Below, piece by piece: positions 46,069 through 56,491 of a stretch of DNA of 64,000 nucleotides. The stretch comes from Deltaproteobacteria bacterium (GTDB taxonomy: Bacteria > Desulfobacterota > Desulfobulbia > Desulfobulbales > SURF-16): NCBI GenBank assembly GCA_024277655.1, contig JAJRUT010000077.1:3867-67866 (forward strand), given 5' to 3'. The notes below the pieces were generated by a model that was not told where the DNA came from, did no database searches, and saw only the letters and a program-made list of their open reading frames with translations. The position numbers were made by a program, and so were the translations under genes. Every line of letters starts with the position of its first letter. Positions within the stretch are counted from its first letter, which is position 1.

Positions 46069-47300
46069 GGGGCAAACTCCCTGGGGTCGGTGATATACCC
46101 TGTTATAGCACTTGCCGCAGTAACAAGGGCCGAGGCCAGATAGGTGTCACCGGGGCCGGTGCGCCCAGGGAAATTGCGATTTGAGGTGGCGATCATATTC
46201 TGGCCTGAACCAATGATGCCCTTATCAATCCCGCCACATGGCCCACAGGATGGGGCATCGACAATGCCTCCGGCCTTGATGATCTCGCTGATATAGCCAG
46301 CTTCAAGGGCGTCAAGATACACTTTTTTAGAGGCTGGAATAACCACAAGGCGTACATTGGTTGCCACCTTTTTGCCTTTGATTATGGCAACCGTATCGGC
46401 AATATCCTCAAGCCGCCCGCCGGTACAGGAGCCGACAAAGGCTTGGTGGATGGGGATGTGTTTAAGATCTTTGGCAGGTTCCACACACCAAGGGGCGGGG
46501 GGGATGGCAACAAGCGGTTCGCTGGGTATCTGGATGGTTTCCCTGGCATCATAGTGTGCGTTGTGATCGGCAAGGATGGCTGGTGTTTTAACTCCTTTGG
46601 CCTGTAAAAAGGTTGCCGTGATTTCATCGTGAACAATGGTGAAAAATGCTGCTCCCATCTCAGCCCCCATACAGGCCAGGGAAAAGCGTGAGTCCATACT
46701 GAGTTTGGTTGTGGTTGCATCAACACATTCAAAGGCGTAATCAGCATAGGTTGTGGTGCCAAGGGTGTGGAGGATTTGCAGGGCGATGTCTTTGCCCCTG
46801 ATAGTGGTCGTCTGATTTCCCTGGAGTTTAAGCTTGAGGATCTTTGGTGGCGCAAGCCAGGTGAATCCTGTGACCATGGAAAAAAGAATGTCGGTGGAGC
46901 CAAGTCCACAGGCAAGATTGCCCAAGGCTCCGGCCATAATGGTGTGGGAGTCAGCACCAATAATAAATTGTCCGCAACCCACCAGCGGATCCTCCACCAT
47001 TATCTGGTGGCAGATGCCGGTGAAGGGTGAACGGCGGATCCCGGCAAGTTCAAGGGTGAAATCCAGATACTGTTGCAATATTTCAGCTCGTTCGGCAGTG
47101 GCAGGGGGGACAAAATGATCAGCGGCAGCAAGGATACGCTCAGGGTGGGCAAGGGGTTTGCCAAGTTTCCTGAATGGTTCAATAAGAAGCGCACCTGTGG
47201 CATCGTGAAGGAGTAAGTGGTCGTAGGATATAAGCAGGTGGTCGCCATCCTGCCTTAGGGTGTGGCGCGCAAGGATTTTACTTGTCAGAGACTGCGCCAT
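46065..47300 (-). CDS. Aconitase-family large subunit (LeuC / homoaconitase large subunit-like)
   Basis: 411 aa. GADSHT, GSCTGG and CGPCGG Fe-S ligand motifs. Confidence 0.8.
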   Translation of the reverse strand: MAQSLTSKILARHTLRQDGDHLLISYDHLLLHDATGALLIEPFRKLGKPLAHPERILAAADHFVPPATAERAEILQQYLDFTLELAGIRRSPFTGICHQIMVEDPLVGCGQFIIGADSHTIMAGALGNLACGLGSTDILFSMVTGFTWLAPPKILKLKLQGNQTTTIRGKDIALQILHTLGTTTYADYAFECVDATTTKLSMDSRFSLACMGAEMGAAFFTIVHDEITATFLQAKGVKTPAILADHNAHYDARETIQIPSEPLVAIPPAPWCVEPAKDLKHIPIHQAFVGSCTGGRLEDIADTVAIIKGKKVATNVRLVVIPASKKVYLDALEAGYISEIIKAGGIVDAPSCGPCGGIDKGIIGSGQNMIATSNRNFPGRTGPGDTYLASALVTAASAITGYITDPREFAP

Positions 47301-48493
47301 CAGGAGACTCCTTCCACCATTGACATAAACAGATCATCGGAGAGGCCTGCATGTGACTTGTAAAAAGAGCGACATTTGACAATGAAATCTCTAAGGTCTG
47401 TGCCCTTGTGTTTTTCCTGGAAGCCTTTTATTTGGGTGAGAAGCCGCTCTTTTTGCTCCCCGGTTAAGCAGATCTTCTTTTGGTCAAGGAGAAATTCGAG
47501 GTACTCCATCCCCGTATGTTTGCCCAGGGCAAAGGTGCGGGACTGACCGACCTGTTCCGGGGCAAATGGCTCGTAGCTCCCCTTCTGGCGCAGAAGGGCG
47601 CGGGCGTGGAGCCCTGATTCACACTTAAAGGTGTTTGAGCCGGAGACAGGTTTAATCGGCGGAACAATCATGCCGGAAATCTCTTCAACCAGGTGGCATA
47701 TCTCTACAAGTTTATCGGTGTTTATGTCGATGTTCAGGCCAAGGAGGTTCTTTATGCCAATGCTGACCTCTTCAATGGAGGCGTTGCCGGCTCTCTCGCC
47801 GATGGAATTTATGGTTCCTGAAAAATAGACGGCACCGGCCTCGATGGCGGCCAGTGAATTTGCGGTGGCAAGGCCGTAGTCATCGTGACAGTGGATACCA
47901 AATTTTATTTTCGGAAAGGCTTTTACCAGTTGTGCTACTTTTTGCTGCATTCCCCAAGGGGTGAGGGCACCAACACTTTCGGCAATGATAAACGAATCAA
48001 CACCGAGAGCCTGAAGTTTTTCGATGGTGTCTTCCTCTGCACCACTTCCGGCCCGTCCGGCATCTTCAAGGACAACCATTACCTTAAGATTGATGCTAAA
48101 GGCATGGGTTACAGCATCGACAATAATGGTTTGGAACTCGGCAAATGATACGGAGCGGATAAGCCCACTTAATATTCGTGAGATGGGAAAGAAGAGAAAG
48201 ATACCAACTGCACCAAGCTCCTTGGCCTGACTTATCTCATGGTTGTCCGGACGCACTGTGGCAAAGATTTCAGCCTTAAGTCCGGCCCCGGCAACAGCCC
48301 TGAAGGAATCTTGTTCCTCCTTTGAAACAATGGGGAATCCCGCATCAAGAATAGTGACACCGGCCTTGCTTAAGGCTGTGGCGATGCGAAGTTTGTCATC
48401 TTTTGTGAAGTAAACTCCGGCTGCCTGTTCACCATCACGCAGGGTTGAGTCGATGGTTATAATGGTGTGCGGTCTGTTTTTTTTGCCGGTCAT
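47300..48493 (-). CDS. Homocitrate / 2-isopropylmalate / citramalate synthase family enzyme
   Basis: From the ATG at 48493: ...IDSTLRDGEQ, and HCHDDYGLATANSLAAIEAG (DRE-TIM metallolyase motifs). About 400 aa with no LeuA-type regulatory domain. Confidence 0.8.
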   Translation of the reverse strand: MTGKKNRPHTIITIDSTLRDGEQAAGVYFTKDDKLRIATALSKAGVTILDAGFPIVSKEEQDSFRAVAGAGLKAEIFATVRPDNHEISQAKELGAVGIFLFFPISRILSGLIRSVSFAEFQTIIVDAVTHAFSINLKVMVVLEDAGRAGSGAEEDTIEKLQALGVDSFIIAESVGALTPWGMQQKVAQLVKAFPKIKFGIHCHDDYGLATANSLAAIEAGAVYFSGTINSIGERAGNASIEEVSIGIKNLLGLNIDINTDKLVEICHLVEEISGMIVPPIKPVSGSNTFKCESGLHARALLRQKGSYEPFAPEQVGQSRTFALGKHTGMEYLEFLLDQKKICLTGEQKERLLTQIKGFQEKHKGTDLRDFIVKCRSFYKSHAGLSDDLFMSMVEGVS

Positions 48494-48608
48494 GTGAAAG
48501 ATAAAATTGAGAGTAACTCTTATAAAATAAGAGGGTGCCATGGTGCATGGAAGTTGTTAATAATAGCTCAGTAATAGCTAATTTGAAAGGTAAAAAAAAG
48601 GTGGGTGT

Positions 48609-49409
48609 ATGTTGAAAAATAAGTCAGTGCCATGGGGCAGATTGAAACCTGTTTTAGCCTATGTGCTTATGCTGTTTCTGATTTACGGGTGTGCAGCAAA
48701 ACCCCTTGATCTTTCCCTTGTCCCGACAGAGGGTATGCAGGTTAAGGTCAGTCAAAAACGAGCGCAGGGTAGCGTTGGAGTGGTGCCATTTGTGGACGCA
48801 AGACCCGTTCGCCATGGTAGTGATAATGCCAAGTGGAGGGGGCTTATCCCCGGCATGTTGTGGATTGAGATAAGTTCTGATATTCCTGAGACCTATACGG
48901 CGTTTTCCCATTATGAGTCAAAGCCCCTTGAGCGGGCAAGCTCCAGGGCCGCAGTTGATATTCTTAAACGTTCAGGTCTGTTTGCCGAGGTAATTGATCT
49001 GCAAAAACAGCCCTTGGCCAGCCCGCAATACCGCTTAACTGGCGTGGTGTATAAAACCATGGTCAATGAGACGGGCTATTACTATGGCTCTTCTATCTAT
49101 GCCTGGCTGCTCAGGGTTATCGGCTTGCCCTATGTCTCCTTTGAGGTGGAGTATCATATCGGTCTCTCATTGGCGGAGGCAGATTCCGGTAATATTCTAT
49201 GGCAGACAAAGATTAAGGGAGCGCGTGAGGATAAGTTTTATTCGGTATATAGTGTCAGTAATGGGCGTGATGGCAAACATGTTATTGCCTGGAATATGGC
49301 CGATATCTTTGCCGAGGAGTTTAGTCTGCATGTTGCTGAGTTGCAGGCTGTTTTAGCTGAAAAAGGGTCGGCGTATGATTCTAATGGGCTTAAACTTTTT
49401 GTCAGATAA
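48609..49409 (+). CDS. Putative lipoprotein, unknown function
   Basis: Signal peptide with the lipobox-like LIYGC. Confidence 0.45.
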   Translation: MLKNKSVPWGRLKPVLAYVLMLFLIYGCAAKPLDLSLVPTEGMQVKVSQKRAQGSVGVVPFVDARPVRHGSDNAKWRGLIPGMLWIEISSDIPETYTAFSHYESKPLERASSRAAVDILKRSGLFAEVIDLQKQPLASPQYRLTGVVYKTMVNETGYYYGSSIYAWLLRVIGLPYVSFEVEYHIGLSLAEADSGNILWQTKIKGAREDKFYSVYSVSNGRDGKHVIAWNMADIFAEEFSLHVAELQAVLAEKGSAYDSNGLKLFVR

Positions 49410-49596
49410 GGTCTGGGGAATTGTCAGTAATGTATGGCTGTTCAAGGCTTGTTTTTTTCGTTTTACATGGATGGACAGCGTTTCTCTCTTTATCCTGCTC
49501 ATCCTGTCCTGAATCCTGAATCCGAATAATATTCAAGTCCAATAAGAGCAAAAAAACGACGTTAATCTATCAATAGAATGCAAGTGGGAAGGTGGA

Positions 49597-50322
49597 ATGC
49601 AAGCAAAGAAAATAGTTTTAGTCACCGGAGCAAGCCGAGGGATTGGCGCGGCTATCGTCAAACGAATAAGCCTAGAGTATGAGGTTTGGCTAAATTACCG
49701 ATCTGATCATGATTCGGCCAGAAATATTCATGCAGATATTGAAACCCAGGGCGGGGTGTGTAAACTACTGCCCTTTGATGTTGCCGATGAACAGAAGGTG
49801 AATGGGGCAATCAAACCACTCCTTAAGGATAATAAGGTGTATGGCCTTGTCCATAACGCTGGTATCACTAGGGACACCCTGGTTGCTACCATGACCAGAG
49901 TTCAGTGGGATGAGGTCATGGGGGTGCATCTAACCGCCTATTTTCATCTGACTAGGGTTTTAGCGCGAAATATGCTCTTTGCTAGGGAGGGCAGGGTGAT
50001 TGCTATCTCATCGGTGTCGGGTGAAACAGGGCAATCCGGTCAGGTGAATTATTCGGCAGCTAAGGCAGGACTCATCGGTGCCTCAATGGCCTATGCCCGC
50101 GAGGTTGCCCGGAGAAATGTTCTGGTTAATGTCGTGTCGCCGGGGCTTATTGACACGGAAATGACTGAGGGGCTTTCCAAAGATGCCATGCTTCCGGCTA
50201 TTCCCCTGGGGCGGTATGGAACCTGTGATGAGGTTTCAGGGCTAGTGAATTTTCTGCTGGGACCGGAGGCTTCTTACATTACAGGCCAGGTACTAAGCGT
50301 CAATGGTGGTTTGTATATGTGA
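49597..50322 (+). CDS. fabG: 3-oxoacyl-ACP reductase (FabG-like SDR)
   Basis: VLVTGASRGIGAAI, NAGITRD, YSAAKAG. Confidence 0.8.
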   Translation: MQAKKIVLVTGASRGIGAAIVKRISLEYEVWLNYRSDHDSARNIHADIETQGGVCKLLPFDVADEQKVNGAIKPLLKDNKVYGLVHNAGITRDTLVATMTRVQWDEVMGVHLTAYFHLTRVLARNMLFAREGRVIAISSVSGETGQSGQVNYSAAKAGLIGASMAYAREVARRNVLVNVVSPGLIDTEMTEGLSKDAMLPAIPLGRYGTCDEVSGLVNFLLGPEASYITGQVLSVNGGLYM

Positions 50323-50343
50323 CCTGGTTTAAAGAAGGGGTAG

Positions 50344-52986
50344 TTATTTGGTTGCCAGGGCAATTATCTCTTCGTACAGTTCCTTTGCGCCGTCAAAATC
50401 ATCATTTTCCAGCCTTTCCTGGAGTTGAAAGGTCTCGTTGTCGGCAATCTCAAGGAGGTGGGGTTTCAGGATGTAAAAGAGGTGCTTGGCCTCAGGGATT
50501 CCACCGGTGATATATTGGCGCAGCTGGGTAACGCGTTTTTCCTGACCCGCAAGTGGTTTTTTGCTAGAGGGCTTTGTTGGCTGTAATTGTCCCGCAAGCT
50601 CTGGGATGTTCTCTGCCAGGGAAGTTTGTATCTTGATCATCTTTTCTTCCAGCACGCCGAAGTACTTATGGGTATCTTTGCCGTTTTTGCGTAACTCCTT
50701 GTCAAGGCTTATAGCAACCTGGACAAGTTCCAGAGCACCTATGTTTCCTGCGACACCTTTCAGGGTATGGACGAGCCGTGCTGCTTCCTGTGGTTGCTCC
50801 TCTTTTAGATGGCGCCCTATCAAGGGGATGATTTGGCTGTAGTCACTGGCAAATTGGATCAGGAGTGACCGGTACAACCCTGTGTTCCCTGCCAAGCGGC
50901 GCATTGCTGTTTCCTGGTCAATGCCGCTGATTTCTGCTGGAAGTTCTGCGTTGACCATGCTTGGCTTGAGATGATCGCAGGAAAAATCGTGTTGTTTGTC
51001 TTCTGGCATGAATTTTAGAAGCATTGCCAGAACATCACTCGGCTCCAGAGGTTTGGTCAGGTGGTCGGTCATTCCAGCCGCAATACTTTTTTCCTTATCC
51101 CCCGTCATGGCAAATGCCGTCATGGCAATGATTGGCAGGTCAATCTTTTGACCTTTAATCTGTTGCTGTCTCTCCCATAGCCGTATTTCTTTAGTTGCCG
51201 CAAGTCCATCCAGGACAGGCATTTGGATATCCATGAGAACAAGGTCAAAATGTTGCTCCTGGACAAGGGTAACAGCCTGCTGTCCATCATCTGCTGTGGT
51301 GACAATAATATCCCAGGATTCCAGGAATTCCCTGGCAATTTGCTGATTGATGGAGTTGTCCTCCACCACTAGTATTTGTCTGCCGGCAAGTTTTGCTCTT
51401 AATTCTTTGTTTGCATCAAGCTTGTTGTCGAGCTGATTGGGAACGATGGTCGTTGCGAGCGCTTTAAGGATGGCATCCTTCAGGGATTGGCTTGTGACAG
51501 GTTTTAAGAGAAAGCCGTCAACCTCAAGATTCCTGAATTCTTCCTGTTTCGTTGCCTCTTCGTAAGCGGTGACGAGGATCATGGCTGGAAGGGTGGGGAT
51601 ATCGAGTGAGGTCTGAATAGTTTTAATGCACTCTATGCCACTTTTGCCCGGTAGTTGCCAATCAAAGATTACTAGGTCAAATGCTGATTCTTGCACCAGC
51701 AGAAGGGCCTCCTCACCGGAGGATGCGGTGGTTACTTCAAAAGAAAAGGATTTGAGGATAATGGTAAAGATTTTTTGGACGGTGATATTGTCATCAACAA
51801 CCAGAACCTTTGAGCCCTGAAGCTGATCCGGGATATGGTGGGCGCAGGCTATGGAGGAGGATGATCTGGACAGGACAATTTCAAAATAGAATGTCGAGCC
51901 CTGACCAAGTGCGGAGTTGACTTCAATCTTACCATCCATAAGGCCAACGAGTAGCCTGCTGATGGTGAGTCCGAGTCCGGTGCCGCCGTATTTACTGGTG
52001 GTGCCATTCTCGGCCTGGCTGAATGCCTCAAATACCTTTTCCTGCTGTTCCTCGGTTAAACCGATACCGGTATCCATGATAGAAAAACGGATGGTGACCT
52101 GTTTGGCATTTTTATCAACGAGTTCAGCCCCCACGATAATTTCGCCCATCGGGGTGAATTTTAAAGCGTTGGTTACAAGGTTTAGTAGAACCTGGCTCAG
52201 TCTTAATGGGTCACCGATAAGATTTGTTGGGATCTCGGGGTGGATTGAGGTGATAATTTCAACATTGGGATTGTATTCCTTGGTGATGGCAATATCATTA
52301 ACATTTTTAAAGACATCCTTAAGGTTAAAATCGCTAAGTTCCAGTTCAAACTTACCAGCCTCTATCTTTGAAAGATCCAGAATGTCATTGATGATAGCAA
52401 GCATATTATGGGATGCTACATTGATCTTTGTCAGGTAGTCATCCTGTTTTGAATTTAGAGAGGTGCTTTGTAATAAATGGGCCAGGCCAATAATACCATT
52501 TAGGGGTGTGCGGATTTCATGGCTCATGGAGGCGAGAAAACGACTCTTGAGACGGTTGGCATTTTCTGCCTGTTCACTGGCCTTCTGAATCTCGATCTGA
52601 TTCATCTGTTGAACAATCTGTTGTTCGCGACTCCTTTTTTCGAAGGCGTTGTGGAGGATAGTAATAAGATCGGACTTATCATAATCCTCGCTAAAAATAT
52701 GATACACATGGCCCTTATTCACTGCCTGGATGAGAATCTCCGGGAAGTCTTTTGCACAGATGATAATCCGGAAGGTGCCCTTGTGAGTCAGGCGAATTTC
52801 GGCATAAAAATCCAGCAGGGTTTCATCATCGTCACGTTGAAAGCCAACAACAGCCCCCACAGCGTGGTTGCTGAGTATTTTCCGTGCCTGGTCAGGTGTT
52901 TCTGCCGTATATATGGTGTAATCACCGAGTCCCTGTTGAAAATCCCGGGTTGCCTTCTGATCGTGGTCGAGATAGAGAATGGTCAT
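50344..52986 (-). CDS. Hybrid sensor histidine kinase / response regulator with Hpt domain
   Basis: From [10 protein letters not shown] (ATG at 52986): REC-like N-terminus, H-box [11 protein letters not shown]2 box [10 protein letters not shown], two receiver domains ([28 protein letters not shown]), and Hpt [12 protein letters not shown]. No transmembrane segment noticed. Confidence 0.85.
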   Translation of the reverse strand: MTILYLDHDQKATRDFQQGLGDYTIYTAETPDQARKILSNHAVGAVVGFQRDDDETLLDFYAEIRLTHKGTFRIIICAKDFPEILIQAVNKGHVYHIFSEDYDKSDLITILHNAFEKRSREQQIVQQMNQIEIQKASEQAENANRLKSRFLASMSHEIRTPLNGIIGLAHLLQSTSLNSKQDDYLTKINVASHNMLAIINDILDLSKIEAGKFELELSDFNLKDVFKNVNDIAITKEYNPNVEIITSIHPEIPTNLIGDPLRLSQVLLNLVTNALKFTPMGEIIVGAELVDKNAKQVTIRFSIMDTGIGLTEEQQEKVFEAFSQAENGTTSKYGGTGLGLTISRLLVGLMDGKIEVNSALGQGSTFYFEIVLSRSSSSIACAHHIPDQLQGSKVLVVDDNITVQKIFTIILKSFSFEVTTASSGEEALLLVQESAFDLVIFDWQLPGKSGIECIKTIQTSLDIPTLPAMILVTAYEEATKQEEFRNLEVDGFLLKPVTSQSLKDAILKALATTIVPNQLDNKLDANKELRAKLAGRQILVVEDNSINQQIAREFLESWDIIVTTADDGQQAVTLVQEQHFDLVLMDIQMPVLDGLAATKEIRLWERQQQIKGQKIDLPIIAMTAFAMTGDKEKSIAAGMTDHLTKPLEPSDVLAMLLKFMPEDKQHDFSCDHLKPSMVNAELPAEISGIDQETAMRRLAGNTGLYRSLLIQFASDYSQIIPLIGRHLKEEQPQEAARLVHTLKGVAGNIGALELVQVAISLDKELRKNGKDTHKYFGVLEEKMIKIQTSLAENIPELAGQLQPTKPSSKKPLAGQEKRVTQLRQYITGGIPEAKHLFYILKPHLLEIADNETFQLQERLENDDFDGAKELYEEIIALATK

Positions 52987-53255
52987 AGGTGGCGTGGACA
53001 GTTGTGATATCGTGAAAAAAAACAATAATTTATGATAATGGGGTTGAGGCTTATTATATGGATAGTTTTCTGGTGGAGTCAACCTGTTTTTGTTGAATTT
53101 ATAAGGTTTAAGACGTGGAGGGGCGAATGCGGAGATGTAATGATGTTAAGCTATTTGTCAGAGGGATAGATCTTTGTAGGTGTTATGGTGCAACGCCAAA
53201 AGTTAGGGTAATTGTTATGCTACCCCCCACTGTCTCTCTATGGGTTTACGGGCCC

Positions 53256-53456
53256 TTAGTCTTCCGGGGTAAACCCGATCTTTAAAATGGCATTTTTAAT
53301 GACACTCGTGTCGACATCCGCTGTGGTTTTATATTGAACAAGGCCGGAGGCGAGATCCACCGAGATATCACAGACTCGGTCTATTTCTTCCAGGGCCTTT
53401 GTTACGGATGCCACGCAATGTCCACAGCTCATGCCACTTACTTTAATGGTTTTCAT
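53256..53456 (-). CDS. copZ: Copper chaperone, heavy-metal-associated domain
   Basis: MKTIKVSGMSCGHCV (GMxCxxC), 66 aa from the ATG at 53456. Confidence 0.8.
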   Translation of the reverse strand: MKTIKVSGMSCGHCVASVTKALEEIDRVCDISVDLASGLVQYKTTADVDTSVIKNAILKIGFTPED

Positions 53457-53594
53457 CCTAGTCCTCTTGCTGGTTGGGGGTTTATAAGGGGTGGTAGCCA
53501 CTCATATTTATTATTAAGCTCATTTGTAATTAGGTATAGAACAACTGAAACGGTATTGATACCTGTTTTAAGAAAAAAACGGAACCTAGGAAAA

Positions 53595-56084
53595 ATGATG
53601 ATTCAAAATATTTCTGCCGCTCTTACCGGTATGCACTGCGCCTCCTGTTCAACCCGAATTGAAAAGGTCGTCTCGGAACTTGTTGGGGTTGAGTCTTGCG
53701 GGGTGAATTTGGCCGCAGAGACAGTCAGCCTGCGTTTTGATTCCGCGCTTATTACTGTTCAGGTGATTAGTGATGTTATTGCCGGTCTCGGTTTTGGTCT
53801 TGTTCTAGCAAATAAAAATTCGGAAAAACAGGTACATCTGACAATTAAGGGCATGCATTGCGCCTCCTGTTCAACCCGGATTGAGAAGGTAGTTGGTCAG
53901 CTTGACGGGGTGGTAAGTTGTGCGGTTAATCTGGCCAGTGAGGATTGTCACCTCATTATTATGCCGACAAAAATTAGGGTGCGCACCATCCTTGAGGTGA
54001 TAAGAGGTCTGGGGTTTGAAGCGACTCCCGTGCGGGATGGCGAGAATGCGGTGCTTAAAAAGCAGGAGGAGGTACGTTTACGTCTGCAGGCCATGCGGAG
54101 GAGGCTGTTGCCCTCATTTGGCCTGGCTCTAATGGTGATGTTCTTTTCCATGGGTGAAATGGTTTTTACCTATCCAGCGGCAATAAGCTCTAGTCATGCT
54201 CCCTTTGTCTTTGCCTTTATCCAGTTTTGTCTTACTCTGCCTGTTCTTTTTCTGGGGCGGCATTTCTATATCATTGGTATTCCCGCTCTGCTCCGGCGTG
54301 TTCCAAATATGGATTCACTTATTGCCCTTGGGACTGGCGCGGCCTTTGTCTATTCCACCTGGAATCTTGTTGAGATTGGCCTTGGTATTGATGCCCTTAA
54401 ACGGGCCCACGATCTCTACTTTGAATCGGCGGCTATGCTTATTGCTCTGGTGTCGGTGGGCAAATATCTGGAGGCTAGGTCAAAGGCTAATGCCTCCAGT
54501 GCGATTAGGCAAATGATGAAACTCACCCCCGATACCGCCACGTTGATTCAGGATGGGCGACAGGTGGCGGTGTTGGTGGATGATATCATGGTGGGGGATA
54601 AGTTGTATGTAAAGCCCGGGGCGCGAATTCCGGTGGATAGTGTCATTGTTGGTGGCAGATCCACAATTGATGAGTCAATGCTCACCGGTGAAAGTCTGCC
54701 GGTCAAGAGGGGAGAGGGTGAAGATGTGTATGGTGGAACCCTGAACAGGAATGGGGTGCTTACGGTCAGGGCGGTTCATGTCGGTCAGGAAACCATGCTG
54801 TCGCGCATCATAAAGATGGTGCAGGATGCCCAGGGTTCCAAGGCCCCCATTGCCAATATGGCTGATCGCATCAGTTTATACTTTGTGCCGGTGGTGATGG
54901 TTATTGCCCTGATCTCAGGTCTCTCCTGGTTTTTTATTGGTGGTATGGATTTTAGTTTCAGTCTACGAATGTTTATTGCGGTTCTGGTTATCGCCTGCCC
55001 TTGTGCCATGGGGCTTGCCACTCCAACATCTATTATGGTGGGTACTGGCCGGGGGGCGCAGCTTGGGGTTCTTGTCAAAAATGGTGAGGCTCTGGAGATG
55101 GCCGGCAAAATTGATGTGGTGGTTTTTGATAAAACCGGAACCTTAACCCACGGTAGACCAACAGTTACCGATATGTTTCTCTTTTCTGGTGGGTATACAG
55201 AGCGTGAATTGCTGCATTTGATCGCCTGTGCTGAATCCGGTTCCGAGCATCCCCTGGCTGAGGCCATTGTTAATCATGGCAAAGAACTTGGTCTAGAGGT
55301 CACCCCTCCCACAGAGTTTGTAGCTCTTCCCGGCCGGGGAATTAAAGCTGTTGTTGCTGGCAAAGAGGTTCTGATTGGCAATCACGCCTGTATGCTGGAG
55401 CATGATGTGGCAGATCTTGACGGAATGATTGCAAAGCAGGCTCTGGTTCTGTCCGAACAGGGCAAGACGGCCCTGTATCTAGCGGTTGATTGCAGTTTTC
55501 AGGCGGTTATTGGTGTGGCTGATTCAATGAAAGATGAGGCCCCCCCGGTTGTCCGGCTACTTACAGATATGGGGGTAGAGGTGGTGATGCTCACTGGTGA
55601 CAATGAAAAAACGGCGCGGGCTGTTGCCTATCAGGTTGGGATTAAAAAGGTGATTTCCGAGGTTATGCCAACTGATAAGGCCGAGGAAATCCTGAAATTA
55701 CAGCAAAATAACAGACGGATTGCCATGGTGGGTGATGGCATAAATGATGCCCCGGCCCTTGCCCAGGCTGATGTTGGTATTGGTATGGGCACAGGCATTG
55801 ATATTGCGATTGAATCAGCCGATATTGTCCTTATGACAGGTCACCTTTTGGGCGTTGTCACGGCCCTGTCTCTCAGTCGGGCCACCATGGTAAATATCAA
55901 ACAAAATCTGTTCTGGGCCTTTGCCTATAATGTGATTGGTATTCCTGTTGCGGCGGGTGTGTTGTACATTTTTGGCGGACCAACCTTAAACCCGATGCTT
56001 GGTGGGGCGGCCATGGCCCTGTCGTCGGTGTCAGTGGTGACGAATGCCCTGCGCCTGCGATTGTTTAAGCCACCCTTACTGTAG
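53595..56084 (+). CDS. copA: Copper-translocating P1B-type ATPase with two N-terminal HMA domains
   Basis: Two GMHCASCS motifs, TGES, the CPC motif (ACPCAMGLATP), DKTGTLT and GDGINDAP. The ATG at 53595 is preferred over the ORF-track start, which overlaps copZ in antisense. Confidence 0.9.
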   Translation: MMIQNISAALTGMHCASCSTRIEKVVSELVGVESCGVNLAAETVSLRFDSALITVQVISDVIAGLGFGLVLANKNSEKQVHLTIKGMHCASCSTRIEKVVGQLDGVVSCAVNLASEDCHLIIMPTKIRVRTILEVIRGLGFEATPVRDGENAVLKKQEEVRLRLQAMRRRLLPSFGLALMVMFFSMGEMVFTYPAAISSSHAPFVFAFIQFCLTLPVLFLGRHFYIIGIPALLRRVPNMDSLIALGTGAAFVYSTWNLVEIGLGIDALKRAHDLYFESAAMLIALVSVGKYLEARSKANASSAIRQMMKLTPDTATLIQDGRQVAVLVDDIMVGDKLYVKPGARIPVDSVIVGGRSTIDESMLTGESLPVKRGEGEDVYGGTLNRNGVLTVRAVHVGQETMLSRIIKMVQDAQGSKAPIANMADRISLYFVPVVMVIALISGLSWFFIGGMDFSFSLRMFIAVLVIACPCAMGLATPTSIMVGTGRGAQLGVLVKNGEALEMAGKIDVVVFDKTGTLTHGRPTVTDMFLFSGGYTERELLHLIACAESGSEHPLAEAIVNHGKELGLEVTPPTEFVALPGRGIKAVVAGKEVLIGNHACMLEHDVADLDGMIAKQALVLSEQGKTALYLAVDCSFQAVIGVADSMKDEAPPVVRLLTDMGVEVVMLTGDNEKTARAVAYQVGIKKVISEVMPTDKAEEILKLQQNNRRIAMVGDGINDAPALAQADVGIGMGTGIDIAIESADIVLMTGHLLGVVTALSLSRATMVNIKQNLFWAFAYNVIGIPVAAGVLYIFGGPTLNPMLGGAAMALSSVSVVTNALRLRLFKPPLL

Positions 56085-56101
56085 CGACCTGGACTCAAGG
56101 G

Positions 56102-56491
56102 TCAGGTGTGGGGTATATTTTCGAGAACTCGTTTTAATTGTTCGGACTTTAGGGGGGAGATGAACCTAACCCCTAGGCTAAATGGGGTGAGGTGGGCGGA
56201 GAGACTGCGGTTAAACCAATCAGGTTTTGCCGGGAGGGTAATCTCTTTGCCACCTGGGCAGTATAAAATGATGTGGAGCAGGAGTTCTCTTGATTCCATG
56301 GCAGTATAGGCCAAGTGAACACGACCATCGAGTATCTCGGGCAGGGACAACCCGGCTCCCTTCATGGAAATATCAATGAGGTTGCCAGTTAAAATGGCTG
56401 ATTTTTGCGCGCCGTATTCACCCTCCGCCAGGAAAATACCGATCTTGCCAGTGCATGGGTGACGCTTGTTTTGTCGCCGTTCAAGTAGCAT
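56102..56491 (-). CDS. PilZ domain protein
   Basis: RRQNKR (RxxxR) and DISMKGAG (DxSxxG). Confidence 0.7.
   Translation of the reverse strand: MLLERRQNKRHPCTGKIGIFLAEGEYGAQKSAILTGNLIDISMKGAGLSLPEILDGRVHLAYTAMESRELLLHIILYCPGGKEITLPAKPDWFNRSLSAHLTPFSLGVRFISPLKSEQLKRVLENIPHT

Noticed and set aside
46382-46960. 192-aa minus-strand ORF inside the LeuC-like gene
   Set aside because: It is an alternative frame of a gene whose main frame carries all the aconitase-family motifs. Its Pro/Ser-rich translation is typical of an off-frame artefact.
53457-53594. CsoR/CueR-type operator in the copZ-copA divergent region (G-rich TGGGGGTTTATAAGGGGTGGTA; GGTATAG...TGATACC)
   Set aside because: The candidate dyads are imperfect and match neither operator consensus convincingly from memory. 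No regulator gene is adjacent.
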